From the NCBI RefSeq assembly GCF_009914755.1, contig NC_060930.1: a stretch of 64,000 nt of DNA; one strand, given 5' to 3'. The notes below the pieces were generated by a model. That model had not been told where the DNA came from and made no database searches. It saw only the letters and a list, made by a program, of their open reading frames with translations. Source of the DNA: the human T2T-CHM13v2.0 reference genome, Homo sapiens. The translations under genes were made by a program, and so were the position numbers. This document shows, piece after piece, positions 1 to 18,593 of this stretch (position 1 is the stretch's first letter; every line of letters begins with the position of its first letter).

Positions 1-1331
1 TTTACTGTAATTGGGTAAAGTTTACTCTTGGACATTATTTCGATGCTAAAGTAAGGATTCTGTGGATGTTACTTAAAGAGAAAAGCATAAGAGCATGAAG
101 CATATCTGGGAATATCTTTTGCCTTTAAGACGATTCATTCTTGTCTAGAGGGAAAATCTGGCTGATTTGGGAATAAAATATAATCGAATATTCAACACCA
201 TGAAGATAAATCTTATTTTGGAAATCTACTGACCTTAATACCCCAAGCTTGCCCTGAATACTTTGATTGGAATTGGAATATATCAAAAAAGGTTAGTATT
301 TTTGTTGTAGTTAGGATACTAAAAGGATATTAGTTACCCAAGAGATCCAATTTGTTTTTCTGATGAATAGTGTTCAGTAAAATGAAGCAGTCTTAAGAGT
401 GACTAATAATTTCAAAGTGATTTTTCGTCTATTCTTAATATTTTTTAATTATTTATTTTTAAGAGTTTTATACCTTGAGCAGATACAATGATCTGCTTTA
501 GTGAGAGGACAATTTCTGATTGATTGTTTTCTCTTCAGGCCATCTCACCTCTTCATTCTCTTGTTACATTTGAAGCAGTTGATATAATGGGTTTATACTT
601 TAAAAGATAGACATGGTGCCATGAAGTTGGGGAGTTGGGTGAATTATCCCATTCTAGTTACAGAGGAGCTTTCCTTAAATGCCCTTTAACTTCTAGGTTT
701 TGTTCAAGAAGTTCATTTTCTGAGTAAAAGTTATTTTCATATATGTTGGGGGAAAATTAACTCATCTAAAAAGAATCTTATTAGGTATTTGAACTCTAAA
801 ACTAACAGATAAGACAGATATGTACCTTATTAGAGCACCAGAACTAATTTGCTAAGTCTTTTGTTTAGTCCTGCAAGACTGATGCTTAATACACAGTCTG
901 TTCTCCTGTGTCTAGGTCAGGAACTCCAGTTTGCTTTTCTGTTTTGTGTCCTGGTAGCAGCTGTTGAGTAACTTTCATTGGAGGTTGGGAAGGAAGTGAG
1001 GAGAAAGTGTTCTTGTTTAGTGTTTTATTTCCTATAATAGGATGCTGCCTAACCCAGTTCATCTCTATGTCCTGTTCACTGAATATTCCGGGTAATTGAA
1101 AGAAAATATAATGGATGGGCTCCATTAAAACCAGCTCAAAAATAAATTCTTGTCAGTAAAGATTTCTTGTCAAGATGTCTTGGATTGCACTTTTGTTGAG
1201 GAAAGACAGTGTAAATAGTTAAAGAATGTTGATAAAATTGAAACATTTGGTTGTGGAATTGTGTGTGGTTTTAGAGGGTTTCTGTTTGTGAAATGTATGT
1301 ATTAAAAATAATAAAATTCCAGAAACTAACA
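1..1331 (+). other. HECA: Distal 3' UTR of an upstream + strand gene, probably HECA (headcase homolog)
   Basis: AT-rich, repeat-free, no credible ORF, ends at a canonical poly(A) signal. The gene name rests only on recalled gene order (HECA converges on TXLNB ~59 kb away); no HECA coding sequence is in the window. Confidence 0.65.
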
Positions 1332-1365
1332 TTGTACTCTGTCTTTAGTTTGTCACTTTATTTTT
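1294..1365 (+). terminator. Polyadenylation signal and cleavage region
   Basis: TGTATGTA (UGUA elements) 1294-1301, ATTAAA 1301-1306, AATAAA 1310-1315, CA at 1330-1331, then a GT/T-rich downstream element (tgtactctgtctttagtttgtcactttattttt). Confidence 0.75.
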
Positions 1366-1786
1366 CATTGAGATTTTTGAGCAGTGGGATTGTCTGGTCA
1401 GAAAAGATGAAGAGAAAGCTTTCTGAGGTTTTGATCACTATTCAGGTAACCATTTCAAAGTCACTCCTGCAGCTAATAGAAAAAACTGCCAACTTTCTTG
1501 CTGCTTGCGTCATGTATCACATGTAAACTCACTTTGCAATAAAAGCTTTCAGTATGACAAAGTTGATTCTATACGAATAGTCCAAAATTATCGTTCCAGT
1601 TTTAGGGAATTCTATTATTTGATAGATAGTATAGTGTTAAAGATTAGATAGACCCCAAGGTCAACCACCCATAGCCACATAGCCAAAACTTAAGTCGTCC
1701 TGATTTCCCTGAAATGCTAGTTCTAATCAAAACAAAATGCAAGGCCTTGTCGGCATGATTTGGTGAAATCAAACTTACTAGCCATA

Positions 1787-2243
1787 CAGTAATCCCCCCT
1801 TATCTGCTGTTTTGCGTTCTGCAGTTGTTTCAGTAACCCATGGTCACCCTAAATGGAAAATTCCAGAAACAATTCACATAGTTTAAATTGTGCACCATTC
1901 TGAGTAGCATCATGAAATCTCAAGTCCTGTGCCATCCTGTTGAGCAGGCGAATCATCCCTTTGTCCAGTGGATCCATGCTGTAGACGTCCCACGCCTATT
2001 AGTCACTTAGGAGGCTGCTAGATGAGTGCCGGTATTGCGGTGCTTGTATTCAGGTCACCTTTATTTTACCCAAAAGTGACCCCAAAGTGCAAGAGTAATG
2101 CTAGTGTACTCATACACTTGTTCTATATTATTACTAGTCATTGTTAATCTCTTACTGTGCTTAATTTATAAACTTTATCATAGGTATGAATGTATAGGAA
2201 AGGTCTTGGAAAGGATCCCCTAAGGATAAGGGAGTGCCTACTG
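1787..2243. mobile_element. MER44B-like Tigger-derived DNA transposon (TcMar)
   Basis: TIRs CAGTAATCCCCCCTTATC...GATAAGGGAGTGCCTACTG, TA on the left; body matches recalled MER44 consensus. Confidence 0.8.
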
Positions 2244-3669
2244 TGTAGACAAATCAACAACTGGTCTGCTTTCCTTATAAAGAATGTTAACATGTAATAG
2301 CCAGTTATAAAAGAGGGTGAAAATACTTTCTCCCTTATGCTTTATAAATGGTACTATAACTGCTGTGTGCAGACTTCTAACCATTTTGGTTTGAGGTCTC
2401 CAGGTTTGCCAGCTGTTCTTTTATGTGCACAATAAACATACAATTTTAAAATTTGATCTGATTTTATTTTTGACAATAGATTATTCCACAGATGCTTTTG
2501 TTTCCTAGGCCTGTAACAATTTTCATCATGAAAAGACTTGATCGTATGCTTCTTCATTATAAGCAAAGAAGTCTAATTGAACGTCTTGCTGACTTCATAT
2601 ACTGTGATCAAGAATAGTTTATCCTTAAATCTCCTTGTCCTCTTCAATTCAAATATCATTCTTGGCCAATAGATTGAAATCCACAAACATTAGAACACAA
2701 GATAAGTTGGGGAAACCTGGGTAAAGAAAGTCTTGAGTCTGCCAGTGGATTCAAAGCCTGTGTTGCTACTTACTAATGCAGATGTCTGAGGCATAAATTT
2801 GACTTTATTTAAAGCCTTATAAAGGACTTGGGATATGATTTCTACCAATGTAATTTATGGTCAGCAAAATTCCTTTGAAATTTTAAGGAAGGTACAGTTC
2901 ATACTGTAGAAGGAAAAAAGTTGCAGAAAAAAGAAGTTAAATGGTGATTGGTAAGCAATTAGTTTAATGGAAGAAAATTGTTACTTCTTATTGGTGGTTT
3001 CCATTACTTTAGATCTTGCTTGTATTGTTTTGACTTAAATTTGGCAAATTCAGCAGCAATTAGATTGCTAATTATCTAGGCTGTTTAGTAAAGGGTTAAA
3101 TTTTCAAAGGGGGAAGAAATTCTTGTCTTGAGCTTTTCTTCTTTTTCTGTTCTCTCAACTCTGCAGTGAGGTAAACCTTACCTGCTGAATGTGAACTACC
3201 TTTGAGGACAATAAAGTGCTGTACAGATGTAATATTTGAAATAGTAATGTATTTTTAAAGCATATTTTTTCTTTAGTAGAAACTTTTAGCATTGTGGTAA
3301 TTATATTAGCTCTACCTGGCATTGCTAAGCCTCAGAAACAGCAAAAGTAAAAATAAAGCAGTTTGTCTCATGAAGTTCAGTAAAACAACACTGGTTACAT
3401 TCATCAGTGTTCAAATGGAATTGGCTACCGTAGCACCATTTCTTGGTGATGAACACCATCTCAGGCGGTTCTGTTACACTTGATTAAAAATTTAGATATC
3501 TAAATCAAGCATAGAACTAATTGTAATTCCTAATAAACCCAGTTATTCTAAGAGTGAGAAAGTCATAGCCAAAACAGTCATAGAATTTAGACGTGTCAGA
3601 ATTTGGAGCAAGGGCTATGCTTTTTGTTTTACCCACATGGTAAATGTTTGTGAATTTCATTGACAATTG

Positions 3670-3770
3670 TACTCATTTTAGAGGTAAACTGAGGCCCAAA
3701 GAAGTTAAATCTAAGTAAGTTCACATAGTTAATGACTAACTAGGAATTAAATCTGGATTCCCACTCCTAG
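3670..3770. mobile_element. MIR SINE fragment
   Basis: MIR core: cattttagaggtaaactgaggcccaaagaagttaa...ttcacatagttaatg. Confidence 0.6.
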
Positions 3771-4173
3771 TCCTCAAAGTGAGATTCGGTAACATACTCA
3801 GCTAGCTAACTCTTGCTCAGAGGTAGAGAATTCATGAACTTTCTTCGGTTTTCCCTTCTGTTTTCTGTTACCACTTGCATACTGGCCACCTTTAGCATAT
3901 TAATTGTCAGATCTGGACATTAGTAGTCTGAAGAGATCGTTGCCAGTTGTGCATGTTACTTTTGAAGCTGTTTTAAATGTGAACTTTAGATCCTGAAGTT
4001 AATTTTTTTGTTGTTGCTTTCATTTGGTGTTTACTGATTTCATTTTCTGATGCTAAGGGTAACAAATTGGGGGGCCTATATGAATGGCACTTAGACTCTC
4101 TGTAAAGGAAAGAAAATGTCAATTACAGCCATGTACACTTTTACCAGATATGTTAATAAGATATCTAACTTGA

Positions 4174-4658
4174 TGTTGACTAAAGAAAAAAATAGCAACC
4201 TTTTAAATAATTAAAGGTTGTTTTATTCAGAAGTCTTACTGAAGACTGTAGGCTGAGGCCTGTAGCCCAGGAGCAGCCTTTGAGAGAGGTTCTGCCAGGC
4301 TGCTCCAGCACAGATACTTCAACCCACTGCTTATATACAGATGCTGGAGGTTCGGTACGTGCAAAATCACATCAGAGTTTGGGTTTAAGAGTACATCTAG
4401 TTGTAGATTACAGAAGCATAATCACTAAGCCTGTCAGACATTATATGTTAGAAAACACAAGGACTAGGGTCATTTATCTTTTAAAGAATATAGTGACCAA
4501 GCAAGAGACTTGGAGGACCGTCTGCTAATACTGCACTGTCCTCAAAGCATGCTTTCAGAGAGCTGCACATTGTTGTGGAGTCAGCGCTTCGTGAAATTAT
4601 GTTAGCAAGCAGAAATGAGCAGACATGGCTGCTTATGTTTGCTACTTTGTCTCCTACG
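4174..4658 (-). mobile_element. ERV1 solo LTR, MER67-like
   Basis: On the - strand begins (c)gtaggagacaaagtagcaaac and ends ...cttcagtaagacttctgAATAAAacaacc...tttagtcaaca. Confidence 0.65.
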
Positions 4659-5942
4659 AGGTTGGGTGTAATACACAAACATGGAAGGAGAAGTGTCTGG
4701 ACATTGTACAGAGCAGGGAGTCCCCAGAAGTAAGTGAGAGGAGCCTTGTGGGTGTGGAAATTACAGATTTGCTCAATATATGTATCAGTGGATGGGCACC
4801 TTGTTTTCAGTTGAGAAATAATTTGGGCTTGTGACAAGGGAGTAGATTTAAAAGCTATAGTAGCCCTTGCTTCAGCAACACAGGCGCCAACATAGAAGTA
4901 ATTCTGTGAGGCCTAGCTGGGCCCTCTGCATAGGAGTGATGAGCACATTGGAAGCATCCCCTATTTTAGAAAAAGAACACTTTCTCAAAGGGAAAAAATT
5001 TGAAATCAATAGTTGTGTCTTCACCTCATCTTTTAATGCATTAATTTGTTGACATCTGTTCTCTTTTGTTAAGATAGATGATTGCTTAAGGAGAACTCTG
5101 GGTATAAGGTGACGTTTTCACAGTCTACACCACGAATTCATTTTACTCACTTGGGGATCTAGCTTTGAGTTATTTTTGGATTCAAACATGTCAAGCTGTC
5201 GGATTTGATAGCATTGATCTATCCAGTTTGGGCAGGGTTTTCCTTTTTGACTAACTTTTCTAACAGTTCCTCTAGGTGTGTTTAATTTTCAATTTCTCAC
5301 AATCTTGTTAGAAGCTCTGGTATCCCAGACTGTTGAGGGTTGCTTGACTTGATCAGGGTTTATTGGAGTTCCATATAGTCTTGGAAAAAGTGCTGGTTAC
5401 ATGTTTCTCTTAAGGAATGACAATTTTTTTATGGTTTAGGGGCTGTCCCTTGCTAATTAGCAGTATTCTAAGTTACTGCCAAACCATTGGTTGAATAAGC
5501 GCTTTATGCCTTTTTGTTATTTTCATCACATTAACAAATTGCATATTTTTCTGAAGCTCTGATGACACTGCAGGTGATTGATGAGGGAAGTAAAGCCGGG
5601 TGAAGCCTATAGGCTTGCGTTCCTCTGAGGCTCCAGAACCCCATGGTTCTGAAAAGAGAATGATTTGGGCAGGGAGTGGGATAGTGGGAGTCCTGGGGGC
5701 TACTGTGCATATTTCAGAAAACTTAATGGAGATCACAAAGTTACCCACCACAAGGCTGCACAGGATACCTAAAAGGTCAGTTTACTTTTGGCAGGAGTTA
5801 CTGCAATCTTGGTTATCAAGCTGCTCAGAAACACTGGCAGTAGCATATGCCTTTGATGAATAATATATGAAAACAAATGAATTACCTAATAAATGCAGTT
5901 TACTTTAAAGACATAAGTTTTCAAAACACAGGATAGAGTTGT

Positions 5943-6297
<355 letters not shown>

Positions 6298-6559
6298 TTA
6301 AAAAAATGTCCTTCACTTTTTTTCTAGTCCTTTTTCTTCTACCTGTTGTGATAGTTTTGCCTATCTTACTTATCCTTACCTGCCTATCTCTCTCTTTCCT
6401 ACTTTGTCCTTTCTGTTGCCCTTCCTGTTGCAACAAGTTTCTTAACCATCAGGATATAGTAGAAGCTCCTTGACAAACCCAGACATTAGTTAGTCAGCAA
6501 ATCAAAAAAGAAGTTAGTTGAGAAAATAATTACCTACAATCAGCAAGAAGATCAACAAG

Positions 6560-7655
6560 TTGACCCTATAATCAGTTGATTTTCGGCAAAGGTACAAAGA
6601 GAATTCATTGAATAAAGGATAATGTAACAAATGGAGTTGGAACAATTTGATATCCATATGCAAAAATATATAAATAACCCAATCTGGATCCATATTTACA
6701 CCATATTTTTAAAACTAACTCAAAATGGATCAGATGTAAAATCCAAAAATGGATAGATTAGATGTTATTAAAATTAAGAATTTCTCAAAAGATACTGTTA
6801 GGAGAATAAAAAGACAAGCGCCACAGACTGGAAGAAAAGGATTTGTATCCAGAATACATAAAAAGTTCCCCCAAAAAACATTTGAACAAACACGTTAACA
6901 GAAAAAGGAATGATGACACATAAGGTACTCAATATTGTTAGTCATTACGGAAATGCAAATTAAAACCACAATGAGGTACCACTTCACACCCATTTTAATG
7001 GCTGAAATTAAAAAGAATATCAAGTGCTGGCAAAGATATGAAGTAATTGGGACTCTATTACACTGCTGGTGGGACAGTTTCACAGTTTTCTTAAAAAGTT
7101 AAACATGTGCCTAACCTATGTCCCATCCATTCCACTCCTGTGCATTTATTCAAGAAATGAAAGTATATGTCTACCCAAGGACTCATTCATGAATGTTTGT
7201 AGCAGCTTTGTTTGTAATAGCCCCAAAAAGAAACAATCCAAATACCCATCAACAGAAGAATGAACAAAATTGCAATATGCAATTGCAGAGTACTACCCAG
7301 CAATAAAAAGGAACAGATTCTTCATACATGCAACACCATGGACGGACCTCAAAATAATTAAAGTGAAAGAAGCCAGAGAAAAAGACTACACCCTGTATGA
7401 TTCCATTTATGTAAAGCTCTAGAAGATGCAAATGAATCTGGTGACAGATTGGTGGTTGCCTGGAGATGGGTGGAGGAATATTAATGAGAAGAGAAAGAAA
7501 ATGATTGCAAAGGGCATGAGAGAATTTGGGGGTGACTGATGTGTTCACTGTCTTGATTGTAGTGATGGTTTCCCAGATGTAGACATCTGTCAAACTTATT
7601 AAATTGTATACTTTAAATATGTTTAGTTTATTCTGTGTCAGTTATACCTCCATCA
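6560..7655 (+). mobile_element. Old L1M (L1MC/MD/ME-type) 3' fragment
   Basis: Degenerate ORF2 end (gaaatgcaaattaaaaccacaatgaggtaccac) and L1M 3' UTR (tgtcaaacttattaaattgtatactttaaatatg). Confidence 0.8.
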
Positions 7656-8359
7656 GCCAGAAAAAAATACCCTCTTCTCCCCCCTGCACCTCCCTACCCA
7701 GGATAACTTGTATATCATAAACATTTTATTTATATTTAAATCAGTAATACACTTTCATTTGACAGATTTGGTTCTTTAGACCCTCTAGTTGTAGGACTAC
7801 ACTTTCTTGCAAACCTTCATTTATGATGCACTGTAAGAATGCTTCCTATTTGGTTCTCTTTAAAGTGGAATTGGAACTTAATGACACATGAGAAATACTA
7901 TAAATATAGAACCTCTCTAGACTTGTAGGATTTCCATTTTTTAAAATCTTTTGCTGTTTTTTTCCCCATGTTTAATTCAGTATTTTGTGTATATGATTTG
8001 CCTCATCTGCTCAAAGCATCCTACTGAGTTATCAAAACAGTATTTTTTTTTTATAATTATATTTCATTGGTTTGTGCACTTTTTTATTAAATTACATCAT
8101 TGCAATGGCAAACGTAACTGTGGCATAAGCAAGTCTGGGAATAAACCTGAGTAACTTTTGGTAAGTACAGAACTCTGCTGGGGGAAACCATATGCAGATG
8201 GTGCCTGATAGCGAGGAGGCTCCCAGCTGCCAGCATTCATCTGGCCAAGGTCATTCATCATAGTGTGGCTTTACAAAGCAATTTAGAGGCAGTTAATTGC
8301 TGGATTGGTTAAGGAAAGGTTGATTGAGAGAAGATTCTACTGCTCAAGCTCGTTTAAAT

Positions 8360-8480
8360 CCTTACTTCCCTCACCTGTAAATATTGAGTCCCTACCTGGG
8401 GGTGTTAAATGAAATCATTAAATTAAGTGTTTATTGCAGTCACTGGCATGGAGTAAGTGCCAAAGATGTTCCGTATTAGG
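8360..8480. mobile_element. MIR fragment
   Basis: cctcacctgtaaat...cactggcatggagtaagtgc MIR-like motifs. Confidence 0.5.
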
Positions 8481-9122
8481 ATCATTTATGTTATTTCTGG
8501 AAGCATTCTTATGTTAGGGCAAGATTGTCTGACTCAACACTTATTTTACCGATGAGGAAAATGGCTCAATGTTTGATGGCCTTTTCCATCACCAACCAGT
8601 TAGGTGGTAACCCCTAAGAAAGCTTCCCAGGGGCCTTCTTACTAAGAGGCTCCTGAAGAGTTCTCTAATAGCAGTGGAGGAATTGCAGATCCTGTGTCAT
8701 GGATACAGGAGCTTCTGAGAGTGGCTTTACTTTATGTCTCTCAAATCGATGGGTGCGTTGATGGAAAGGGAGATAAAACCAGGCCTCAGTGAGGCAGTGA
8801 GATGAGAAGAGGGTTGAGAAAGTTGTGCAACTGGCAGGCAGATAAAATCTGTCTTAATAAGGATGGATAGAAATTTTGTGACAGCCGTATTTGTTTTTTC
8901 CCTATTTGGGTCAGCTTCAAACTGAGACCTGTGCTCAAAAACCTATTTCTTCTTTGGATGGAAAAATGATCCATTTGTTTCTCTTATCTAAAACAGGATC
9001 TGTGATCTACCCTAACATGAAATTTTAAGTGTAGATTATTTTTTAAAAATCTAATCGAAATTCTGACAAAGCATTTGACTTATAAGGTTTGCATTTTTGT
9101 ATTAAGAATTTTATTGAACTGA

Positions 9123-9580
<458 letters not shown>

Positions 9581-10674
9581 CAGATTTCTTTAACCTGGTA
9601 TTCTATGTAGGTGGGATATAACCTGTGGTTCTTTGGAATTGGGGTTTTAACAGTAAGCAATCATATGATGTGTAGTGTAAGAAGCACTAATGTTTTATTA
9701 CAGCTTTCGGGGTAAAAGCATTGCAAAGGAGGTGACAGGCGTATTCTGTTGCCCAAAAGTTTATGATTTCTCTTTTGATGTTTTTCATGTTGCATGTTTG
9801 GATTTGCATTAGTTGAAAGTTCTAAGAAAATATCTAGCAAATTAAGCTACATGTGAAAGCTTTATTCAAAACTGCTAAGCATTAAAATTCAAAAGGATGA
9901 TTTTATCTAAGAAGAATATTTAAAATAGTCAAATTAGTGTTTTTTATTATTAGAACTGCCTCTATATTGAGGTTAGAGCAAGTACTTTGGCATTTAGTTT
10001 TCTTGGTTTATGTGTAATTTTAATTAACAAGATATTAATTATGAGTCTGAGGATTTCAGAATTTATTATTAAACCCAAAAGAAAGGAAATAAGAAAGGTC
10101 TGAAATAAATGGAGTTCTCAACTTGTAGAGATGTGCTCTTTTTGAAAATACAAACTTCCAGGTCAGATTTCCAGTTTGGGCCAAGGAAGTAAGCTTTCAC
10201 CTCTTCAAAGACAATATTGTCTTTGCAGCTGTGGAGGTTTGCGGGGAGAGAGGTCAGAGCCAGATGAAAACAGTTTTATAGGATCTATGTCAGCATTTAG
10301 CAAGGTTGATCTTGTCGGGTATGAAGTCACTCAGATGGGGGATACAGAGATATTGCTAGCTGTTGTACTATGGAAGTCACGTGATGGGATTCCATGTAAA
10401 TGTCACTCCAAGTAGGCTCTCCTCTAGGGCAGGGACTGTCTTTGACAACTTCTATCCATAATGCCTACTATAGGGCTGTGCCCATTAGCTGTCTGTCAAA
10501 CAAATGTGCTGGCAGCTGTGGGGAATTCAGACAATTTTCTTTCCTAGTTTTGTGTTTTGGGTGCCTACTTCCTTGGGGATTCCTTTCAGAAAACCAAATG
10601 TCAAAATATTAACAGTAAAGAAAATACCTGGATCATAAGAACTGCCTTCATATCTTACACATTTAGAATAAAAG

Positions 10675-11422
<748 letters not shown>

Positions 11423-11574
11423 GTGCTCCTGTGTGGGATTATTTAAGTAGTTAAGATTAAAAAGTTAGAAAACGTCAGAAAAAGAAGACACCTTAAAAAT
11501 CCTGTTTCCCAATCCCTGTACTGTATAGAAAGGGGGACAGATACAAGAATTGCTTAGAATCAAGACCTCTAGAG

Positions 11575-12095
11575 CTGTGCCATTCAGTACAGCAGCCTAG
11601 CCACATACTGCTGTTCAAATGAAGTTTAATTTTTTTTTTTAATTAAAAATCCAGTTTATCTGGCCAGGCGCGGTGGCTTACGTCTGTAATCCCAGCACTT
11701 TGGGAGGCCGAGATGGGCGGATCACCGAGGTCAGGAGTTCAAGACCAGCCTGACCCACATGGAGAAACCCCATCTCTACTGAAAATACAAACTTAGCCGG
11801 GCTTGGTGGCACATGCCTGTAATCCCGGCTATTTGGGAAGGCTGAGGCAGAAGAATCGCTTGAACCTGGGAGGTGGAGGTTGCGGTGAGCCGAGATTGCA
11901 CCATTGCACTCCAGCCTGGGCAACAAGAGCAAAACTCTGTCTCAAAAAAAATAAAAATAAAAAAATCCAGTTTATCAACTGCACTAATGATATTTCAAGT
12001 TCTCCGTAGTCACATGTGGCTAGTGGCTACCATATTGGACAGCACCCATTATACAACGTTTCAATTACTAGAGAAAGTTCTATTGGACAGTGCTG
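11575..12095. mobile_element. MER3 hAT-Charlie DNA transposon split by an Alu
   Basis: cacatgtggctagtggctaccatattggacagc...gaaagttctattggacagtgctg MER3 motifs. Confidence 0.8.
11662..11960 (+). mobile_element. AluSp-like inside MER3
   Basis: catggagaaacccc and caacaagagcaaaactc diagnostics; TSD aaaaatccagtttatc (11645-11660, 11961-11976). Confidence 0.92.
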
Positions 12096-12829
12096 GGCTA
12101 GATTTTTTTCACCAAAATCTTTCCTGTCCTCTGTGAAAACCTTAATGAGTGGGTTCCTAATTATTAGCCCTTAACACTGTTTCACATATTTCAATAAATG
12201 ATTTAAATTTAGAAACAATGTATGGAATACTTCTGTTACTTATTCATTTTTGGTTATCCTGGGTGTGGGGCGGTGTACCTGGGAGACTCAGGGAGTTGTG
12301 TTGAGTTCATTCAGACATCAACAGCCTTAAATAAGCAACCACAGGGACGCGAGACAGAATGGAAAAGGGCGCACTTGGCCTCCTAAGAAACACAAGGCTA
12401 ATTTCAGGTCTGTGTCAAGCGAAAGTAACTTCCCAAAGCTGGAGTTCCTAACATCCCTGCTCAATTTATCCTCTTCTGTGAGCAGCTAAGCATACAGTTA
12501 ATTCATTTTTTAATAACCTAATATTAATGGCATTTTTTTGAGTTGATAATCCCTTAGGAAACTTCAATGGACTTAATCCAAGATGATTTTTCTTTGTTGA
12601 GTGGTTCTCATAGATCACAGTACTAATTGGATTATTCTAAGTATAACAGTGAAATAAGTGGAGGCTGAATCTTGGGTTTTTACTTCTGATTTATTTATTC
12701 AACCAATTAACAATTTGGGAACCCTCTGGAGTCACAAGTCTTGCAGACATACTTGTCTGCCAGCTGAGGACTGTAAACTGAGTGCATCGAGGAAAATAAA
12801 ATCCTTGAATACAGTCTTGGATCAAGAAG

Positions 12830-13120
12830 TCAGCTCTTTAAAGCTATTAATCAAATGTCACCTTCTTATGAAGCCTACCCTGACCACACTATTTAAATTG
12901 CAACCCTTTGGGCTCCTTTTCAATAACAATTATCACCTTCTGTCGCATTTAGCATGCTTATTGTTTATTGTGTGTCTCTTCCCACTGAAATCTAAGCCTG
13001 TTAAGGACATAGGTATTTGTTTGATTTGGGGGAGTCTATTTCACTGATATATACCAAGTGTCTAGAACAGTGCTTGTCACATAGGAGATACTCAAGAAAT
13101 AGTCACTGAATGTATGAATA
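12830..13120 (+). mobile_element. L2 3' end fragment
   Basis: tcaaatgtcaccttc...ctagaacagtgcttgtcacataggagatactcaag...tgaatgtatgaat. Confidence 0.75.
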
Positions 13121-13186
13121 AGTAGAATATGATCACAAAGAGGAGGATTGTTTTCACTTGATCACTCCACTAAAACTACTGTTGTG

Positions 13187-13525
<339 letters not shown>

Positions 13526-13762
13526 CTACTGTTGTGAAGATCACTGGTGACCTCCATGTGTTAAAACCTGTGGTCATTTCTCAGTCCTCATCATACTTAA
13601 ATTCTTCAAAGCTTTTAATACAATAACTTCCTCTTCTAGGACTCCATGTGTTGCAGGTTTTCCTCCTAACTTACTGGCTAGCTCCTTCTCAATTCCTCCT
13701 TAAGTGGTCCTTCTTCCTCTCCCAGTCTCAACAATGGAATACCCCAGTGCCCAGTCTTTGAC

Positions 13763-13797
<35 letters not shown>

Positions 13798-14037
13798 CAT
13801 TGTCTTGGTGATCTCAGTCTGTTTCATGGCTTAAATCACAACCATATAGTGAAGACTCCTAAATTGATATATCTAGCCTAGAGTTCTCCTCTAAACTCTA
13901 GACTGTATTAGTTTGAAAACAACCTCCAAATGTCAGTGGCTGAAACAAACATCTATTTCTTGCTCATGGGTTTTCAGCTCAGCTGCGTCTCAGCTCCAGG
14001 CTGTGGATTGGGTTTACATTTTCTCCCTGTTTCATAA

Positions 14038-14772
<735 letters not shown>

Positions 14773-15773
14773 CATCTTCTCACATTCTATTGGTCAAAGC
14801 ATGTCACATGGCCAAGACCAAAGTCAATGAGACAGGAGTATACTCCATCAACTGGAAAGGGAGTGAATGATTTTGAATAACAACACAGTCTCACAGAGTA
14901 TCTATCAGACATTTCAGACTTAGCATGTCCAACATTGAGTTCTTGATCTTTCTCTCCAAACTTGCTCCTTCTACATTCTCCCCCATTTCAATTACTGACA
15001 AGTCCAATTGCTTAGACCAGAATTCTTGGAATCATCCTAAATTCTTCTTTTTTATATTCCATACCCAAAGTTTTAGAAAATCCTATCAATTCAGTCACCA
15101 AAATATGTTTAGAATTCAACCACCTCACACAACTCAGCACTACTGCTTGATACGAGTCATTGTCTCTTGCTTACCATATTGCAATAGACTTCCAGTTGAT
15201 CCATCTGCTTCTGTCTTGGCCTCTCAATGTATTTCCATCAAAACAGCCCTGTCTGCAAAACTGTATAATGTTTTTCTTTCAGAGTAAAAGTCAAAATCCT
15301 TGAAATGGCCAACAAGAATCTAAGTGATCCAGCCCCCAATTACTTCTGTAAACTCTTAGGGAAGTGTTACTACTCTTTCCCTTGCTTGCTCTGTCTCAGT
15401 GAGGTCTCCCTGCTATTCTTCTAAAATACCAGGCGTGTTGCCACTTGTATTTGTTTTCTCTCGTTGCTGTAACAAATTACCACAAACACAGTGGCTTAAA
15501 ACAACACAAATTTATTATCTTACAGTTCTGTAGTCAGAAGCCTGACACAGGCCAGGTCTTGCTGTGCTAAAATCACAGCGTTAGCTGGGCTTCATTCCTT
15601 TCTCAAGGGCCTTCAGGGAGAATTTGTTTCCTTGCCCTTTCCAATGCCTGGAGGCCATCTATGTTTCTTAGTTCATGGCCCCTTCCCCCATCTTGAATGC
15701 CAGCAAGGATGGATTGAGTCCTTCTCACATTGCATCACTCTAACCTCATTTTATGCCTCCCATGTCCACTTTT

Positions 15774-17400
<1,627 letters not shown>

Positions 17401-18194
17401 CCATGTTCACTTTTAAGGACCTTTGTGAGTATATTGGGCCCACCCAATAATCCAGAATAATTCCCTTATTTTAAGGTCAGCTGACTAGCAATCTTGATTC
17501 TGTCTGCAATTTTCATTAATCTTTGCCCTATAACCTAACATGTTCACAGGTTCTAGGGATTAGGGGATGGACAGCTTTGGGGGTGGGGGGTTATTATTCC
17601 ACCTATTATATCCCTTCAGGGAACTACCCTTACTATTCTCTTTTACTGTTCTACTCTCCCTTCAGTTATCTCTAGATCACACACTCTTATAGAGTTTTAC
17701 TGAGATGTGTTTTTCTCAATTAGGTCTTTTCTGACTGTTGAAAATGCAGCTGCTGCCTAACCTCCTATTTCCCCTACTGGTTTTATTTTTGTCCAAGGCA
17801 CTTATGACCAACTAACATCCTGTATATTATATTTATGTATCATATTTGTTGTCTGTTTTCCTCACTATAATGCAAGCTCCATGCAGACAGTGATTTTGTT
17901 TATTTGTTCACTGCTGTATTCCCAGTATCTGGAGTAGTACGTGGCACCTAGTAAGCACTCAATAAATATTTCTTGAGTGTGTCAATGAAGACTTTTCATC
18001 TTTCACTAGTTGGAGGTATGATACATTACAATCAGTTACAGAAATCAATCAATCATTGATTGACAAATATTCCTTGACAATTATGTGACTAAGACGACGT
18101 AAATGTAAATAAAAAGGTCTCTGTAATCTAGGAAAGTTATACAGAGGAATCAGGAATCTGAGGAACCCAAACAGATGTTAGGTTATTAAGTCAG

Positions 18195-18593
18195 TGTCTT
18201 AGTCCATTTGTGCTGCTATCACAGAATACCTGAGACTGGATAATTCATAATGAACAGAAATTTATTGACTCATATTTCTGGAGGCTGAGAAGTCTAAGGT
18301 TAAGGCTCCAGCAAGTTCGGTGTCTGCTGAAGCCATTCTCTTTTTCCAAGATGGCACCCTGCATGCTACATCCTCTGGAGGGGAGGAAGGCTGGATTCTC
18401 ACTTGGCAGAAGGCAGAAGGACCAAGATGTAAAAGTGGGCTGAACTCTCCTTTTATATGGCATTAATCCCACCCATGAGGTCATAACTCTTATGGCCTAA
18501 TCATCTCTTAAGTTCTCACCCATGAGTACTGTTACACTGGCCAAGTAAATTTCAACATGAGTTTTGGAGGGGACAAACATTCAAACCATATCA
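18195..18593 (-). mobile_element. MST (MSTC/D-like) MaLR solo LTR
   Basis: tgtcttagtccatttgtgctgctatcacagaatacctgagactgg...caaacattcaaaccatatca; flanks gtcag / gttgg are compatible with a decayed 5 bp TSD. Confidence 0.85.
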
